The notes under the pieces were generated by a model. The model saw nothing but the letters and a program-made list of their open reading frames with translations, had not been told where the DNA came from and did not search any database. From NCBI GenBank assembly GCA_973895155.1, contig OZ316897.1:19042068-19106067 (forward strand): a stretch of 64,000 nt of DNA, in the 5' to 3' direction. Origin of the DNA: Marsupella aquatica. Taxonomy: Eukaryota; Plantae; Marchantiophyta. The position numbers and the translations under genes were made by a program. The stretch's first letter is position 1; each line of letters starts with the position of its first letter. Positions 13,201 through 25,490 of the stretch are shown in pieces.

Positions 13201-13497
13201 GCTCCATTGATGACCATTTGAATCCAACACACCGAGTGAAATCAGATTCTTACGCATGCCAGGTACATACCTGACTCCGGACACTGTGCGCACAGCGCCA
13301 TCAAACATTTGAATCTTCACAAACCCAATTCCCTCAATTTGATAGGAGTGATCATTTCCCATCAGAACTGAACCGTTTGAAATAGAGTAAGAACTGAAAA
13401 ACTCACGAATGTAACAAATATGAAAAGAGCAAGCACAATCAAGAATCCACACATCATCTGCTCTCCTAGATGACGTGCACAGGGCATACCCCCGGCT
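10225..13497 (-). CDS. pol: Copia Pol polyprotein (protease, GAG-pre-integrase, integrase, RT, RNase H)
   Basis: Motifs WILDCACSFH, LWHSRLGH...CEHC, HSDVWG/SDNGGE/QQNGVAER, YKARLVAKGF, LYVDDM and GYVDSD...TTEAEY. The frame is open from directly after the gag stop, with no ATG before the protease motif. Confidence 0.95.
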   Translation of the reverse strand, partial: SRGYALCTSSRRADDVWILDCACSFHICYIREFFSSYSISNGSVLMGNDHSYQIEGIGFVKIQMFDGAVRTVSGVRYVPGMRKNLISLGVLDSNGHQWSVIDGELQVRSGETVILKGSRQKNLYVLQGNTVCGEANVTKSHEEMTQLWHSRLGHMSEKGLAILRKNGLISDLQSCKLEFCEHCILGKQHRRAFGVGTHRSKAVLEYIHSDVWGPSPTPSHSGKLYYVSFIDDYSRFVWIYFMTHKSDILSIFKKWKAQVENQTGNTIKCLDTRVKSLRSDNGGEYTSMEFEEYCSEQGITRHLTTVYTPQQNGVAERLNRTLLERSRSMLSQSGLPQEFWAEAVNTVAYLVNLSPSSAINFKTPFEMRYKRQADYHGLIIFGSDAYALTPKQNRTKLDPTSRKCVFLGYQSGVKAYRLWDPIACKLVVSRDVSFNESRLLKEGENTQVSRTYKGKSPIPDLVEGEIGYEVHDRREGVAPIMELVPVPEEPEEFVDAGEQQVDAVELQIVPAHADQPESSARRTSGRTVRAPSRYGQWVDSSQLQEDDFTADDEGDALILEEGEPSSFHEASASKEKQKWTAAMQTEMQSLKDNKTWELVKLPKGQQVVDSKWIYKLKDNSIGGGSKVYKARLVAKGFTQEKGVDYNEVFSPVAKYSTIRLLCVLVVMFGLLLDQMDVVTAFLYGTLEEVIFMRQPLGFVKIGQEELVCRLLKSLYGLKQSPRQWNKRFDDWIRSQGFHRSVFDPCVYLKPVKNVVFGFIVLVLYVDDMLIAAKDRSEIVKLKALLSAEFKMKDLGPAKRILGMEITRDLEAGKLWLTQSSYARKVIARFNMENSKPVSTPLAPHFKLSSTFCPTDDTEKGLMSKVPYDKAVGSLMYLMTCTRPDLAMAMGKVSRYMSNPGKVHWEVVKWMIRYLKGTVDHGLLFDVNAKNARSLIGYVDSDYGQDLDRRRSTTGYVFTLGGGCISWRSTLQKCIAQSTTEAEYVAAAEAAKEAIWLDRLITEMGLPQGNVKLHCDSQSALHLAVNQVMDSRVKHIDVRYHFIRQAVSDNLFELVKIDGKLNPADAFTKVIPLESFSRHRDVLQVLQLHHK

Positions 13498-14538
13498 TCA
13501 TAAAACATACTCATCATTGAGTAAATCAACTTCTCCATCAGCCCTAGCCACATTTGCCGATGAAGTTTCCGCTGCCTTTCCCTTACAGTCTCGCTTGAAG
13601 TGTCCAACTTGGTTGCACTTCCAACATGTCACCTGCCTCCTCTGAGGGGATTTACCCTTGGACTTAGATCTGGATTTAGATCTAAACTGGGTTCTACGGT
13701 CCCCAGTTGGTCGCTGCATACCCCTCCCACGGTTAACATTGAGGGCAGCACCAGATGATGAAGGCTGTGATGTGATGTGCATCTTCTGCTGAAGATCATC
13801 ACTAAGCAGAGAACTTACCACGTCATTATATGAAATGGTATCCCTATCACGATGCAACAACACTTGTGATAGGGACTGGTAAGATGGAGGCAATGAACTA
13901 AGAAGCTGCAGAGCCTTCGTCTCATCATTCAAAGTCTCCCCAAGGTTTTCCAAGTCAACGACCATGTCGTTGAAAGCATCCACATGGTCTTGCAACTTTG
14001 TGTCGGATTCCTTCATCCTGAAACTCATGAGTTTGTAGGAAGTGTAGAGCCGGTTCGACAACTCCTTGCGGTGATACTTGCTCTGCAATTCCGCAAACAA
14101 GGACATGCAATCCTTATGTGCACCCAACTGCTTGATGATGGGAGGCATGAGATAGAGTGTAACACACCACACTCCCTGCTCCTGCATGCGGTCCCATTGT
14201 TTCTCATCAACATCATCTTCACGAGGGCTCAGCAGTTGGCCCATCCCTGACGCATAGAGCACTCCCTTCACCTGCTTCTCCCATAGCAAGTAGTCAGAGC
14301 GCCCATCATACTTTGTCACTTCATACTTGGGTCCCCCAAGCTTGAAAGTCCCCATCTTCTTCTTTGGCACTACCGTGAGCTCCGGTAGTAGTACTGCTTC
14401 CTCCACCACACGCTGCACCGGTGATGGTATCGGTGTCACGTGCTCTTCCTCCTGCTCCTCTCTCTGCCCCTGAAACCGCCGCGGTGATCCTCGTGCTTCA
14501 AGTTCCACGTCTTTGAAAAATTCCTCCGAATCACTCAT
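13498..14538 (-). CDS. gag: Copia Gag
   Basis: KYEVTKYDGRSDYLLW N-terminal motif, UBN2-like LLSSLPPSY, zinc knuckle CWKCNQVGHFKRDC. Confidence 0.93.
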   Translation of the reverse strand: MSDSEEFFKDVELEARGSPRRFQGQREEQEEEHVTPIPSPVQRVVEEAVLLPELTVVPKKKMGTFKLGGPKYEVTKYDGRSDYLLWEKQVKGVLYASGMGQLLSPREDDVDEKQWDRMQEQGVWCVTLYLMPPIIKQLGAHKDCMSLFAELQSKYHRKELSNRLYTSYKLMSFRMKESDTKLQDHVDAFNDMVVDLENLGETLNDETKALQLLSSLPPSYQSLSQVLLHRDRDTISYNDVVSSLLSDDLQQKMHITSQPSSSGAALNVNRGRGMQRPTGDRRTQFRSKSRSKSKGKSPQRRQVTCWKCNQVGHFKRDCKGKAAETSSANVARADGEVDLLNDEYVL

Positions 14539-15216
14539 ATGAGAAAATCACAAAAATTATTGTTTTTCACAACTTCTCAAAAACTCGAAACTCAACACCG
14601 CCGCGTAGCCCACAAAGCTAGGAGTCCAATACTGAAAACCGAAATCAAAATCGAAATTTGACGGAAAAGTTATTCAAATTTCGGTCGAGGTGGGTAAAAC
14701 CTTGGGAAACTCCCCCGTTTTGACCACCTCAGGGAATAACCGAAATACCAAGTACAACCCGTTGTCGGAATTACGATGTGATTGGTGCGCCACGTTGCCA
14801 ACTTCAATGGCTTGTCAACAACGAATGTTGATCAATTGCACTTGGTGCCGTCACCAATCCAACAAGGTAATTGATTTTGCTTAGCCTTCCTCTTTGCATC
14901 AAAGAGCCAATCCCGGACTCAAAACAATCGTCTTGCCTCAATCTCTCCGTTGAGTCAAAACACTTGACGCTTCTCCCTCCGAGTCGATTGTCAACTTTCT
15001 TCACAAAATCCAGAACGACGAAAACTTAGATCTCTCTGCACCACGAGCTCCGTTCAGCGATTTCTTCACACCGTTAGAAAGCTCTTGCCCCGATCTATCC
15101 GTTGAGCCCATAAACTCCAAGTTCCATGTGACGGAACTCCGGGAAATCCACCGACACTCAACGCTGGAAAAACCGTAATGAAATCCCGTCACGAACACAC
15201 GTCACCTCCCAAACCT

Positions 15217-15229
15217 GGCTCTGATACCA
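15217..15229 (-). promoter_or_regulatory. Primer-binding site (initiator tRNA-Met)
   Basis: TGGTATCAGAGCC on the minus strand, 2 nt from the 5' LTR. Confidence 0.93.
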
Positions 15230-15231
15230 AT

Positions 15232-15616
15232 TGTTGAGCATAGACGACGATCGCAACGGCAAGCCCATGAACCATCCAACGCACAATAGTCGACACAAGA
15301 GATACGTGGTTCACCTCCTTGAGGCTACGTCCACGGGAACACACAAGAGAGCTTTACTGAACTCTAAGCCCGTCGGCTATACCGAGTCTCCACAGTGTAA
15401 GCTCTCCCTATCTCTCAAGTGGCTCCATAACAATGAGCCTTGGTTCTACCTCTCCAAGCACACATGCCTCTTATGATATAGTGTGCAACTTAGTTGTACC
15501 TAACCACATAGTTGTACCTAATCACGTAGTTGTACCTAACCACGTAGTTGTACCAACCCACGTTGTTGTACCAACCACGTCATACCTAACCTAGACGTAA
15601 GAGTAAATACCCAACA
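15232..15616 (-). repeat. 5' LTR of the copia element
   Basis: Direct repeat of 9649-10033, followed on the minus strand by the PBS. Confidence 0.95.
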
Positions 15617-16404
15617 GGTGTTGGCTCTACTTGCCGCTGGCACAATCATGGACTTTTGCCAACCCCTTGGGTACTGTCCCCCTCCAGTGGGCCACCCTCT
15701 TGTGTGCTCTTTTGGAAAGGAATTCAATTGGATGTTTCAAAGGCAAAAATTAAAAAAGGACTGGACTGTACTCATCAATTGACCAATCAATGACATTTTG
15801 CAGCACTCTTGCACCATTCGCTCTAGTACTACTAATTCCATTCATAAAATCAGCATATAAAAGGCAAAACCCAAGTGGACCCTAGGGCAAGGTGCTACAA
15901 TCTAGTGAGGCCGAAACAAGTGCATTTTTTTTAGTGGCAAAAATTCACCAAATACACATCCCCAAAAATCTTTTGCCACTTTTGGCAAAAATTGGCTACT
16001 ATTTACGGACCCCCATTAGGGGTCTCTTGCAAATTCTCTGCCATGAGGTTGCGCCACATCACCACAACCAGCCACAAACAGGAATGATCCTACTTTTAAC
16101 AATAACAAACGTGCACATTCCTGTTTGTGGCAAAAGCAATGTAATTTTTGGGGCGCCATGCCGTAAACATCAAACGTAAAAAAATCCAAAATACAAAGGA
16201 AGAGATGTCATTTAGTAAAATAAAGTTACCATTTTGATGTTTGTCAAAGATATATATATATGTGTTTTATATCAAAATGTTTGTAAAATAATTGTCATTC
16301 AGTAAAATAATTGTTTGCAAGTTTGAAAAAACAAATCAATAGAAATGTACATAGTTAAAAACACTTTGGCTTCACATTGTAAAACTAAATAATAAATCTT
16401 CTTA

Positions 16405-16875
16405 GTACTTGATAAAATTTGTCAATGTTGATTCATTGGAAAACTCAAGATCTAGATTTAGAAACTCGTGAACTCTTTAGTATTGTCTTGATAAAATCTC
16501 TTAATGTCAGTCATTGGAAAGTTGGAGTAAAATTAAAAACTCATCATCTCCTTGGTACTGGACAAAATCTATCAATGTTAGGTTGACTTCATTGGAAAAC
16601 TAGAGAAATTCAAATTGTCATGATCTCTTTAATTCTTGACGAATAATCTCAATGTCACACATTAGAAAGTTAGAGAGATTGAAAATCTCATGATGTCTTT
16701 AGTAGTGTGACAAAATCCGACATGAAATTTGTCAATGTTGGACTCAATGTTGGAAAGCTAAAAGAATTCATGACTCATGATCAAAAAAATTATTCTCACT
16801 CATTGGAAAGGCAAAGAAATTCAAAAGCTCATTTGGAACTTGACAAAATTTGTCAATCTGAGGCTCATTGGAAAC
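16405..16875. repeat. Degenerate AT-rich tandem repeat, ~65-75 bp unit, about 7 copies
   Basis: Recurring 'ga(t/c)aaaat(t/c)t.tcaatgt...cattggaaa' blocks. Confidence 0.6.
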
Positions 16876-19130
16876 TCTTTCTCGATTAAGAGATATCACA
16901 ATCTCGTCACCGTCACAAACTTAGTCGTTGCAAATTGAGTTTTTTTGATTACGTCGCCATCGCCTGTCCACAATGCTTGCTTCTTGGCTTGAATTGTTCG
17001 CATTCCTCTAGTCCTCAACTTAAGCTCATTCTGAACACAGGTTGATGTCAAATGCAACCTCTATGTCAAAGAAACAATTGTTTGTCTCTTCCTTGCACCA
17101 TAGCTTTCTTAACTAAAAAAAACTACAAATCTTTCATGTAAAGTGATGGCTTGTTCGTTTTGTGTGTTCTTCCCACCGAATCGACAAGCACTCTTTTGCC
17201 AACAACTGAGTGTTGTCCTCCAGTTTGTCTTGTGGCGGTAATGCTCAATGTAACTCACAAACAATCAATCAGGAATGGTAGAAACACAATTTCTCTAATG
17301 TGTAAGCAAAAACCGTCAAAAAACTCAATTCCTCCACATTCAACTTTCGTTTGATAAATCTCTTCTATCTTTTGAGCAATTTCTTTTGTATGAGCACACA
17401 CCAAGACCATCGGGAGACTCATCACTCATCATTGATTTCACTTCATCACACACACATTCCTTGGATGAACATGGGGGTCCATGGCCAGTGTTCCACCTAA
17501 TCACAGGCCCCATTAGCCATAATCCAACGGTCAGCCTTAAATCTAGGGATATCTGAGGGTCAGGAAATTAATATTGAATAGGGAATCTTTTGAGCATCTT
17601 CTCATTCACACACCATACATTGGCCACTGGCCAAAAAGTAAAATCCTTAAAAAATACACTGGCAGGAACCAGTGGGGAAGCTGGGCCTCCAAAGTAGAAT
17701 CCTTAAATAAATACGCTGGCTGGAACCAGGGGGGAAGCTGAGAAGTAGAATCCAAACGAGAGGCAACTAAATGAGGAATTCAGAAACTACACCGGGAGCA
17801 GCACACTCTTACAGACCGAGGACTCTTTCTCGCCTCTCATCACCTGTTCAGACAGTGCTCGAAGACCACCACCATCGTCACATCGTCCCTTTCGTGTCTC
17901 ATAATTGTCTGACTGACGAGGTCCACCATCGAAGAATTTATTGTCGTGTCAAACCGACGTCCAATGCTCGTTGTTCTTCTTCCTCTTGACACATTTTCGA
18001 CATTTGGTCCGCATTGATAGAACGAGACAGGTCCAACAATAAGCAAGACAGTCTCGAAGCAGCTCCAACCTGTGCCTCCTCCGTCGGGACGCTTCGTCTG
18101 CTTCGCCTCGTTGCAGGTAGGGACCCAACTCATTGCAATGCTTGCTGACGAATTGTAAGTTTGTTGAGAGCTCATGCGGTGTTTCGTCATTGTGGAAGAA
18201 CGTGGTGACTGTGAAACACGGTGGGAGAGATCACGGTCTCCTGTTGGAAATTCCGATTCCTCGAGATTCCGTAATTTCGGTTTCACAGTTGTGGCACCTG
18301 TTGGAATGAATCATTTGTCCACCCCTTCTTACGTTTGTCGTTTCGGCACAGAATCTTTGTGATATGTGATTTTCAATGCCGTGCAATAACGGAATGGTCC
18401 CTTCATGCGAGGTTGAGAATCTCGCTTAGAAAAGGGGGCCTATCATTAGATGGATCACAGTAGCGTCATGACCAGTCTATCCTGGAATCCAGAATCTTGG
18501 CGTGGTTCAATGATTACCTGTATATTCATTCTATAGAGTCGTTTCGGTGGCTGGAGGTTTCTTGCCAAACAGTTAATATGGGCCTTAGCTGTGAGCCTCG
18601 TTCCAAAGGCATGCTGACTTCTGTGATCGCTGCCATCTGCACCGTTTGAATATTTCTGGTCGGGGTCACTTAGTACGCATAGAAGTCTTGATCGGCAAAG
18701 CCCTCAACATTGGAAGGAAACATGTATTCACTTTCGGAGCTCCTTTAGCATGCGCAAATTGGTTTCTCTAGTTCTTCTACGGACCCGCTGAGACTGTTTG
18801 CCGTTAAGAAGGGTACGAAGTGTGAGCCACAGTTATGAGCTGGACTTGAACATCCTTTGTCCTGACATCACTGAATTTTGAAGAATCCTGTCATGATCTT
18901 TTCTCTTTTCAATGATGGAAAACATGCGACAGAAATGTCTCGCTGTATGTGTTTACCTTTGTTTCCTATAGCAAATCTATCTGAAGGAGAAGAACGCACA
19001 TAAACTGGCGGTCCAAGACATTGTCTCGTCAGTGATTTTGACAGCCGCTGTCCTTTATCGCAGGATTTCGAACACCTTCTCGGTGATACGTAATTCTGTT
19101 CTCGTGGGCCGGCCAACGGGGGCAGCAGAG

Positions 19131-22100
19131 ATGGTGAACACAGATTACAAACAGAATGGTGGAAATCCTGCGCCGGAAGAACAAGTAAGACAGTACAGAG
19201 GAATTGGAATTGTCTACTCTTTTTGGAGAGAGCAGAATCAGGGAATGCTTTTGAGCTACCTAAGATAGTAGCTGTGTGTCGCAATCAGCTAGACTAGCTG
19301 TTTCGGCCGTCGAGGTGCTGGTTCCCAATAATTTTCCAAGTTCGTCCCGTTTGATGAATTGAACAAAAGCGTTTCACTGTGCTGACGCTCACCTGATCTC
19401 TCGCCCATTATTTTGTTGAACAGCTTCTGGTGTCAGAGAAAAATGGTGTGAAATTTTTGACACTCAATCGGCCCAGCAAGCTCAACACCATCACAGTACC
19501 AATGGTAAGAGCTGAAACATCTACCTGGCAAAACTAATTATCTTTGGTACCGCGTTCAGTCCACTTGCAAGCGATTCATCAATTGTTCCTTGGCCCGCTA
19601 CTTTTTGACATGAGTCCTTGTTGATGTATTCGAACGTACAGAATCCTTGTGCTTAAATTGGACCAGCCACACTCTTTTCACCGGCCACACCTCCAGTTCT
19701 GAATGTTTTCCTTTTTCAGACTTTTCTAATGAGAAATATATGGCTAGCACAGAGAGACTTGCTAATCTGTTTATCTAGTCTTTTGTAATGGGCTTTTGCC
19801 ATTCCCTACACAGATTATGAAGATGATCGATGAGTACAAAAAGTGTGAGGACGATGACTCCACGAAGATGATCATACTGAAGGTCGTCAGTTTTTCGTTT
19901 GTAAATGCTGAATCAGTTTTTAAAGTCAATGGAAAATGGCACTAGAATTCTACTAGTCAATGGTATCAGGCATTGCAGTTGAATAAAGGGAGCTTGAATT
20001 CTATTTGAATCAGTTCTCCTACGTCCAGATGTTAAAATGCATTGTTGATGACATGACGGGCCATGTTGTGACCTGTTGATCATTTATTTTGCAGGGGAGT
20101 GGACGTGGCTTTTGCGCAGGCGGTGATTTAAGCGTGTTCTACGATTTTGGAAAATCAAGTACTTTTCGTAACGTGATTACGGCTGAGGTCCTGTGCTGTA
20201 AAATACATGAACGTTAATGTTTAAGACCTAACAAATCTCTCGAAGCTTTGGTTTGCTATGTCTGGAGATTACCCAAAACTTTAAAGTAGTAGAATTCTCT
20301 ATTTACATAACAAGTAATAGGTTGTCCGTCGATGCAGATGAAGGATGGAGGTCGGCGGTATATCGCAAGTACTGGCTTGATTATCACATATCCACTTATA
20401 AGAAACCTCAAGTAAGCAATGTCCCACCATTCAGCAAAACGTATTAACACGCGTTCAGGGTGAACAAGAACTTGAGAGAGACGTTCGTGGTGATCTTAGT
20501 GTGCATTTATGTTGTATGCTGCTCAACGCGAGGAGCGGTTCGAGACGGAGGATGATTTACTCTCTGGCAGTCAATATGGACTTGAAAAACTATTGCTACT
20601 AGAGGTATTGCAAATGTGGGAGTCATTTCTTGGACAATTGAATAGGTTACAATAAACAATGTAATTCGATCATGATTATGATATTGCTCTCAATCAGGTT
20701 GCCCTTTGGCACGGACTCGTCATGGGTGGGGGCGCAGGCTTGTCAGTACTTGGCCGCTTCAGAGTAGCAACAGAGAAAACCGTAAGTGGAGTGTTTTTCA
20801 CATCCGTTACGTGAAGAGTAGGCTAGATAAGTGCAGTAGAATTCAGTTGCATTTGCGAGGTCATCACTAGAAGCACCATATTTTTTCCCCTATTCGAAGG
20901 TCGAGGATTCGGAAGAACTTTCATGAGTCAAAAACCAGCGAATAACTTCTTCTATTAAGGGCATGCGCTTCGCTATTTCTTAAGTGCGTGGGTGGGTGCA
21001 TTGGATGCAGATATTTTCCATGCCAGAAGTTGCAGTTGGCTATCACACTGATGTTGGAGCATCCTACTGGCTTTCCCGTCTTCCTGACTCGATTGGTATG
21101 CGGCCTCGCATCAATGTCTAACCTTGATTTTTTTTAATGGATGCATTGCTTCTCAATAGGTGAGAAGCATCACCTATTGAGATTAGTGTCGTGTATTGAT
21201 TGAGCTTATTCCACCAAAGTATCATTGCTTCATGCTTTTCTCTTTGTGAGGATGATAATGATTGTGGTCATTCACTGTATATCGGTAAGGGATTATGATT
21301 TCGAAAGAGTTGAGGGAGGGAATAGCACTGACGTGTCATTGGCGGACCTTCAGGGGAGTACTTGACATTGCTTAGTGCACGCCTTGATGGAGCTGAGATG
21401 TACACGTCAGGGCTTGCCACTCATTTTGTGCCTCTGGAGGTAAAGGATACAGAGGACCTACGCGCAACTCACCAAAAAACATGGTCCTTTCAGTTTTGAA
21501 ATGTAGGATAGGGATGAATTCGAGGTTACAAAAATTATGGTCCTTTTGAGTTACAGGGAGTTGGACGGTTCCAGTGTCAATTACTGAATTATTGTGATTC
21601 ATGCTGGCTACTTTTGCTTCAGACTGCTGTGATTCTGAAATCCGTATTCTTTGACATGCTTCAGAAACTGGCCGACCTGGAGCAAAGACTGGTGGATCTC
21701 CAGTCAGGAGAACCTGCTGACATTGATGCCTTAATAAATGATTTTGCCGTTGCAGCGAAGATTGGCCCAAACAGCATATTTAACAAGTTTGTTTTCTACT
21801 CTGCACTCTACACTCTACACTCTACACGGTAGATCTCGAAAATGCTTAGAAGATTATGTACTCATTGTCTGTTGTCAAGGGTAGGGTGGAAGAAGGATGT
21901 AGGAAATACAAGCAGTAGATAATATTAACTTTTGAGGTGGACGTGGCACCTACTGTTGTTTCATTCTTTTGTGTTCACATGTGCGGGCCACCGCTGAAAT
22001 TTTGCAATCCCGAGGGTTGCGATCTTCTTTGAACCGGTTGGACTTAAGTGATTTGATAAGAACTCCATTGGTACTTGTGCAGGGAACGGCAAGCTCTCAT

Positions 22101-23494
22101 AAACAGAACTTTTTCAATGCCATCGGTTGAAGAAATCATAGCAGCTCTGGTAATTCTTCTTGGGTCATGCGTAATGCATATCACCTATCCGATTCCTCAT
22201 TTCTTGTTAAATTATTGAACAGATAGAGTTTGATACTAATTGTAACAGGTACTTTCCCAGAAAGGGTGTGTAAGAAGTTGTAGCTGATGAAGTTTCCTGT
22301 GCGCTTCACAGCGAGTTGTTCGTGCCTTGATTGCTTTCAGGTAAGTTAACATTTGACCTTGCAGGAGGCCGAGGTGAAGGAGCCAGGTCAAGAATGGTTG
22401 AAAGAACCGCTGAAGATTCTGAAGAGATCCTCTCCCACAGCTTTGAAAGTGGTTTTACAATCGGTATGTGTCCCATCTCTAATGCCCCAGAGCTTTGGAT
22501 TGTGCCTCGCCTTAAGCAACAAAGGAATATTTTATAGATGCAAGATGGCCCTGTCCAAGACTTGCGATCCTAAGAGGCGGGCAATGTAGCAAATGTCAAG
22601 GAACTACTCTTTAAAGGATTCTAGGAGATATTGCCTACTTGAAGGTAGACGTGAATGGCCTCTTCAATCCTGAGGTGACCCCTGTTGCTTTGACAGATTC
22701 GGACTGGTAGAGACCAGACACTACCTGAGGTGTTGCAGCGTGAATTCCGACTTTCCATCAATTGTCTTAGAGCTATCATTTCTGAGGACCTGTATGAGGT
22801 ATTCCATCAAATTTCTCTGCTCCAATTGTCTTTTTGGTACAGGAATTGAGATGCCTGAAGTGATTGTCGTCCTTCACGCTACGGGAGCCATAGCTCATGC
22901 TTGAAGAGAATACCTGTGTCTTGGCGAGTGTTGCAATTTTGGTTTAAGAGCCAATTGCTGCCAAATAACGTCATATGGTGGTTTTTCGAATGCATTTTTC
23001 AGGGTATAAGAGCAGTTGTGATTGATAAAGACAACGCACCTAAGGTACGGTATATGTAGGCAAATCAGGTCAACAGTTGAGATATTAATTCGGGCTTCTC
23101 ATGAGCTCTAGTCTCAGGTCTAGAAAAACTGCTTTTGCACTTTCTCCGTTGCGGTCGTCACCCAAAATTGTTCTGGTTCAATTTTCGAACTAAACAAAAT
23201 CTGACGTTTTTGCAGTGGAAGCCATCAACTCTAGAAGAGGTTTCCCAAGAAAATTTGGACAAAATGGTGAACTCTTTCAACGGAGAAGAGGACCTTCGAT
23301 TACCAGAGAAGAATATACCGAGGTGTGTATGAGTTGAGGATTTTACTTCTTGTATAATCATTGCAAACATCAACTATTTGACAACCATTGCTCATCAGTT
23401 ACAAAGACGGGCTGTCAATTGTCATTAAGACTGTAACGTACTCGCCTGTTGATACAGATGGGGAGGCAGCTGGGAGGAGACGCAGAAATCTTAG
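19131..23494 (+). CDS. 3-hydroxyisobutyryl-CoA hydrolase-like protein (crotonase family), 15 exons
   Basis: Phase-consistent exons: 19131-19184, 19424-19504, 19814-19882, 20095-20158, 20338-20411, 20698-20781, 21011-21095, 21354-21439, 21665-21786, 22083-22149, 22365-22463, 22697-22798, 23003-23044, 23216-23322, 23458-23494. Motifs [39 protein letters not shown] and [14 protein letters not shown]. Confidence 0.93.
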
Positions 23495-25490
23495 GGGCCA
23501 GTAACTTCCACCCAACCTACACTCATTCGTTGCCTTCATTTATACTCGATGGATATCTCCACCGCGGTTTTGACACTCTTGATGGACTTGTCCGCATAAC
23601 CTGCCAACAGGATGAGGAAAGAGTTGGCCAGGTCATCCCAGTTAAAACTAGGAGATAAACAAGTTGTTGACAATTGTCTATTCACCATTGAATAATATAG
23701 CATCTCACATTGATGAGTTCATATTCCTTGTGTAATATTGTGTAGATTACTCTCTCTCAATTTTGAGGGTCTTGTTGTCACCTATTGAAGCTTTGCTGCC
23801 GAAAGAAATGTGGATATTGCATATGATGACCACTGCAATTGGTGATAAACCATGGGGAGACCTTGTCTAGAACATGAGCGCCCACCAAAAAATGTGTTAG
23901 CTATCCTGGAACTTAACTACTGGAAATATCTCCGAGAACTTCCTGAAGGATTGGAAGGGGGTCTCTAGTTCGTTTAGCAGTCTGAATTGGATGGTGTAGC
24001 CATCTCGTGCTACTCCATTGTGACAGGGACTTTGGGCTGGGAAGGGTAGGCAGTGATACAGGACTGCATCCAAATTGTGTTCGTATTGAACAAATAACTT
24101 TAAATCGGGTCTCTAGCTTTCACATTACAAGGTGCAACATACTTGGAAGTTGTTCTGGATTAAACGTGGAATTTGGTCAATATCAGTGTCACATGGAACC
24201 ACTGCCAAGCTCTGAGATCCCTGCCTAAAAATCAGGACCATCACATGTTCAGAGATTCAACCCAAAAACAGTACTAACTTTTTTACCCACGATACGACTG
24301 TGACTTCACATATCCAACGCAGTCAGGGATATTGGTCAGGAAACCGCATCAGGTTCCGAAATTAGCTGTAGAACACCGAGAAATACGGAAAGTGAGGACT
24401 GCCAATTCTACACTCTGTAATGCTGGGAACAAGTTCACGAGGACCGCAGTCAAACTTATGGTAAGTGAATAAGAGGGAAGTTCCTATAAATCCCACTCTT
24501 GTTGGCTCTAATAAGAAGGGAACTTTTTCTACTCTCTATTTGCTCCTCCATTTGAGTTCGTATCAAACAAAGTACCTCAGAAGCAACCCCAAAGAAAAAG
24601 TATCAAACAAAACAAAGCAGGACCCAGCCACAAAATTTTCATTGTGGACATTTTTACAGCACATAGAGTACATTTGCATAAGGTCTGCAAGGGTGTCTTA
24701 CTGGCAGAAGAAAAGATCTATCATGAAATCCATTGGTCGAAAAGTTAAGTAGAATTCAGAAGTGATCTGACTATTTCCGAGGGTTACCAAAATTTACCAT
24801 ACAAATCAAGTATACGAAGGAATACGTTTGACCAAGTGTGCACGATCAGGGCAGGAGCAAAGACTTGAGCCATCCCCGGAAAAGTTAGACAGTGTTTAGA
24901 AGAAAATTGGGCATGTTGAACACGGATTGGGAAAGTTTACAAAGGTCAACAGACAACAGAAAGTTCATTGCTACATATATGGAAAACGTAATTGAATTGA
25001 AAACTTTAGAAAACGCATCACTTCCGTTCAAAATCCAGACACGTGAACTCAGTCAGTTCAGTCACAACTGGACACAGCATAATAGCGTATCACAACTGCC
25101 TCTAAGAATCTGCACACTTTACAAAGTGAACCCAACCGGAAAAGTACGCTGGGCTTACATGGCCTGAGGCTAAACCGACGAGTCCCTGAAAATTAACAAC
25201 GGTCTTTCGAGCTTAAACATGATGATACATGTTCCTCTGGAAATAATCTCAGATTCTCATCTCCCAACGTAGGAAGTGCATCCAGTGATGATCCGAACGC
25301 TAAGAGATGCATATACAGTTGCAATTGACTCAGCAACAATAGCTGCTCTTGCCTGCTAAGACCTAATTCGCAAAATCGCCTCAAAACAAAGACAGTAATA
25401 TTGTGCAGCACATCACCGACCCTGGAGAATCCGTTACATCGCGCTTTCGGCTTCCTTCTTCGCGACATTCCAGCCAATCCTCCCTCCTCA

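Larger units (their letters stand above)
9649..15616 (-). mobile_element. Full-length Ty1/copia LTR retrotransposon (Tnt1/Tork-like), recent insertion
   Basis: Two 385-bp LTRs (9649-10033, 15232-15616) look identical by eye and have TG...CA ends. TSD GGTGT at 9644-9648 and 15617-15621. Met-tRNA PBS and PPT present. Domain order is PR-INT-RT-RH. Confidence 0.97.

Noticed and set aside
17771-18362. 148-aa minus-strand ORF and neighbours
   Set aside because: No domain signal. Likely the 5' region of the hydrolase gene.
18972-19130. In-frame transit-peptide-like extension of the hydrolase
   Set aside because: The frame is open from an acceptor at 18972, but I found no upstream ATG exon to support it.
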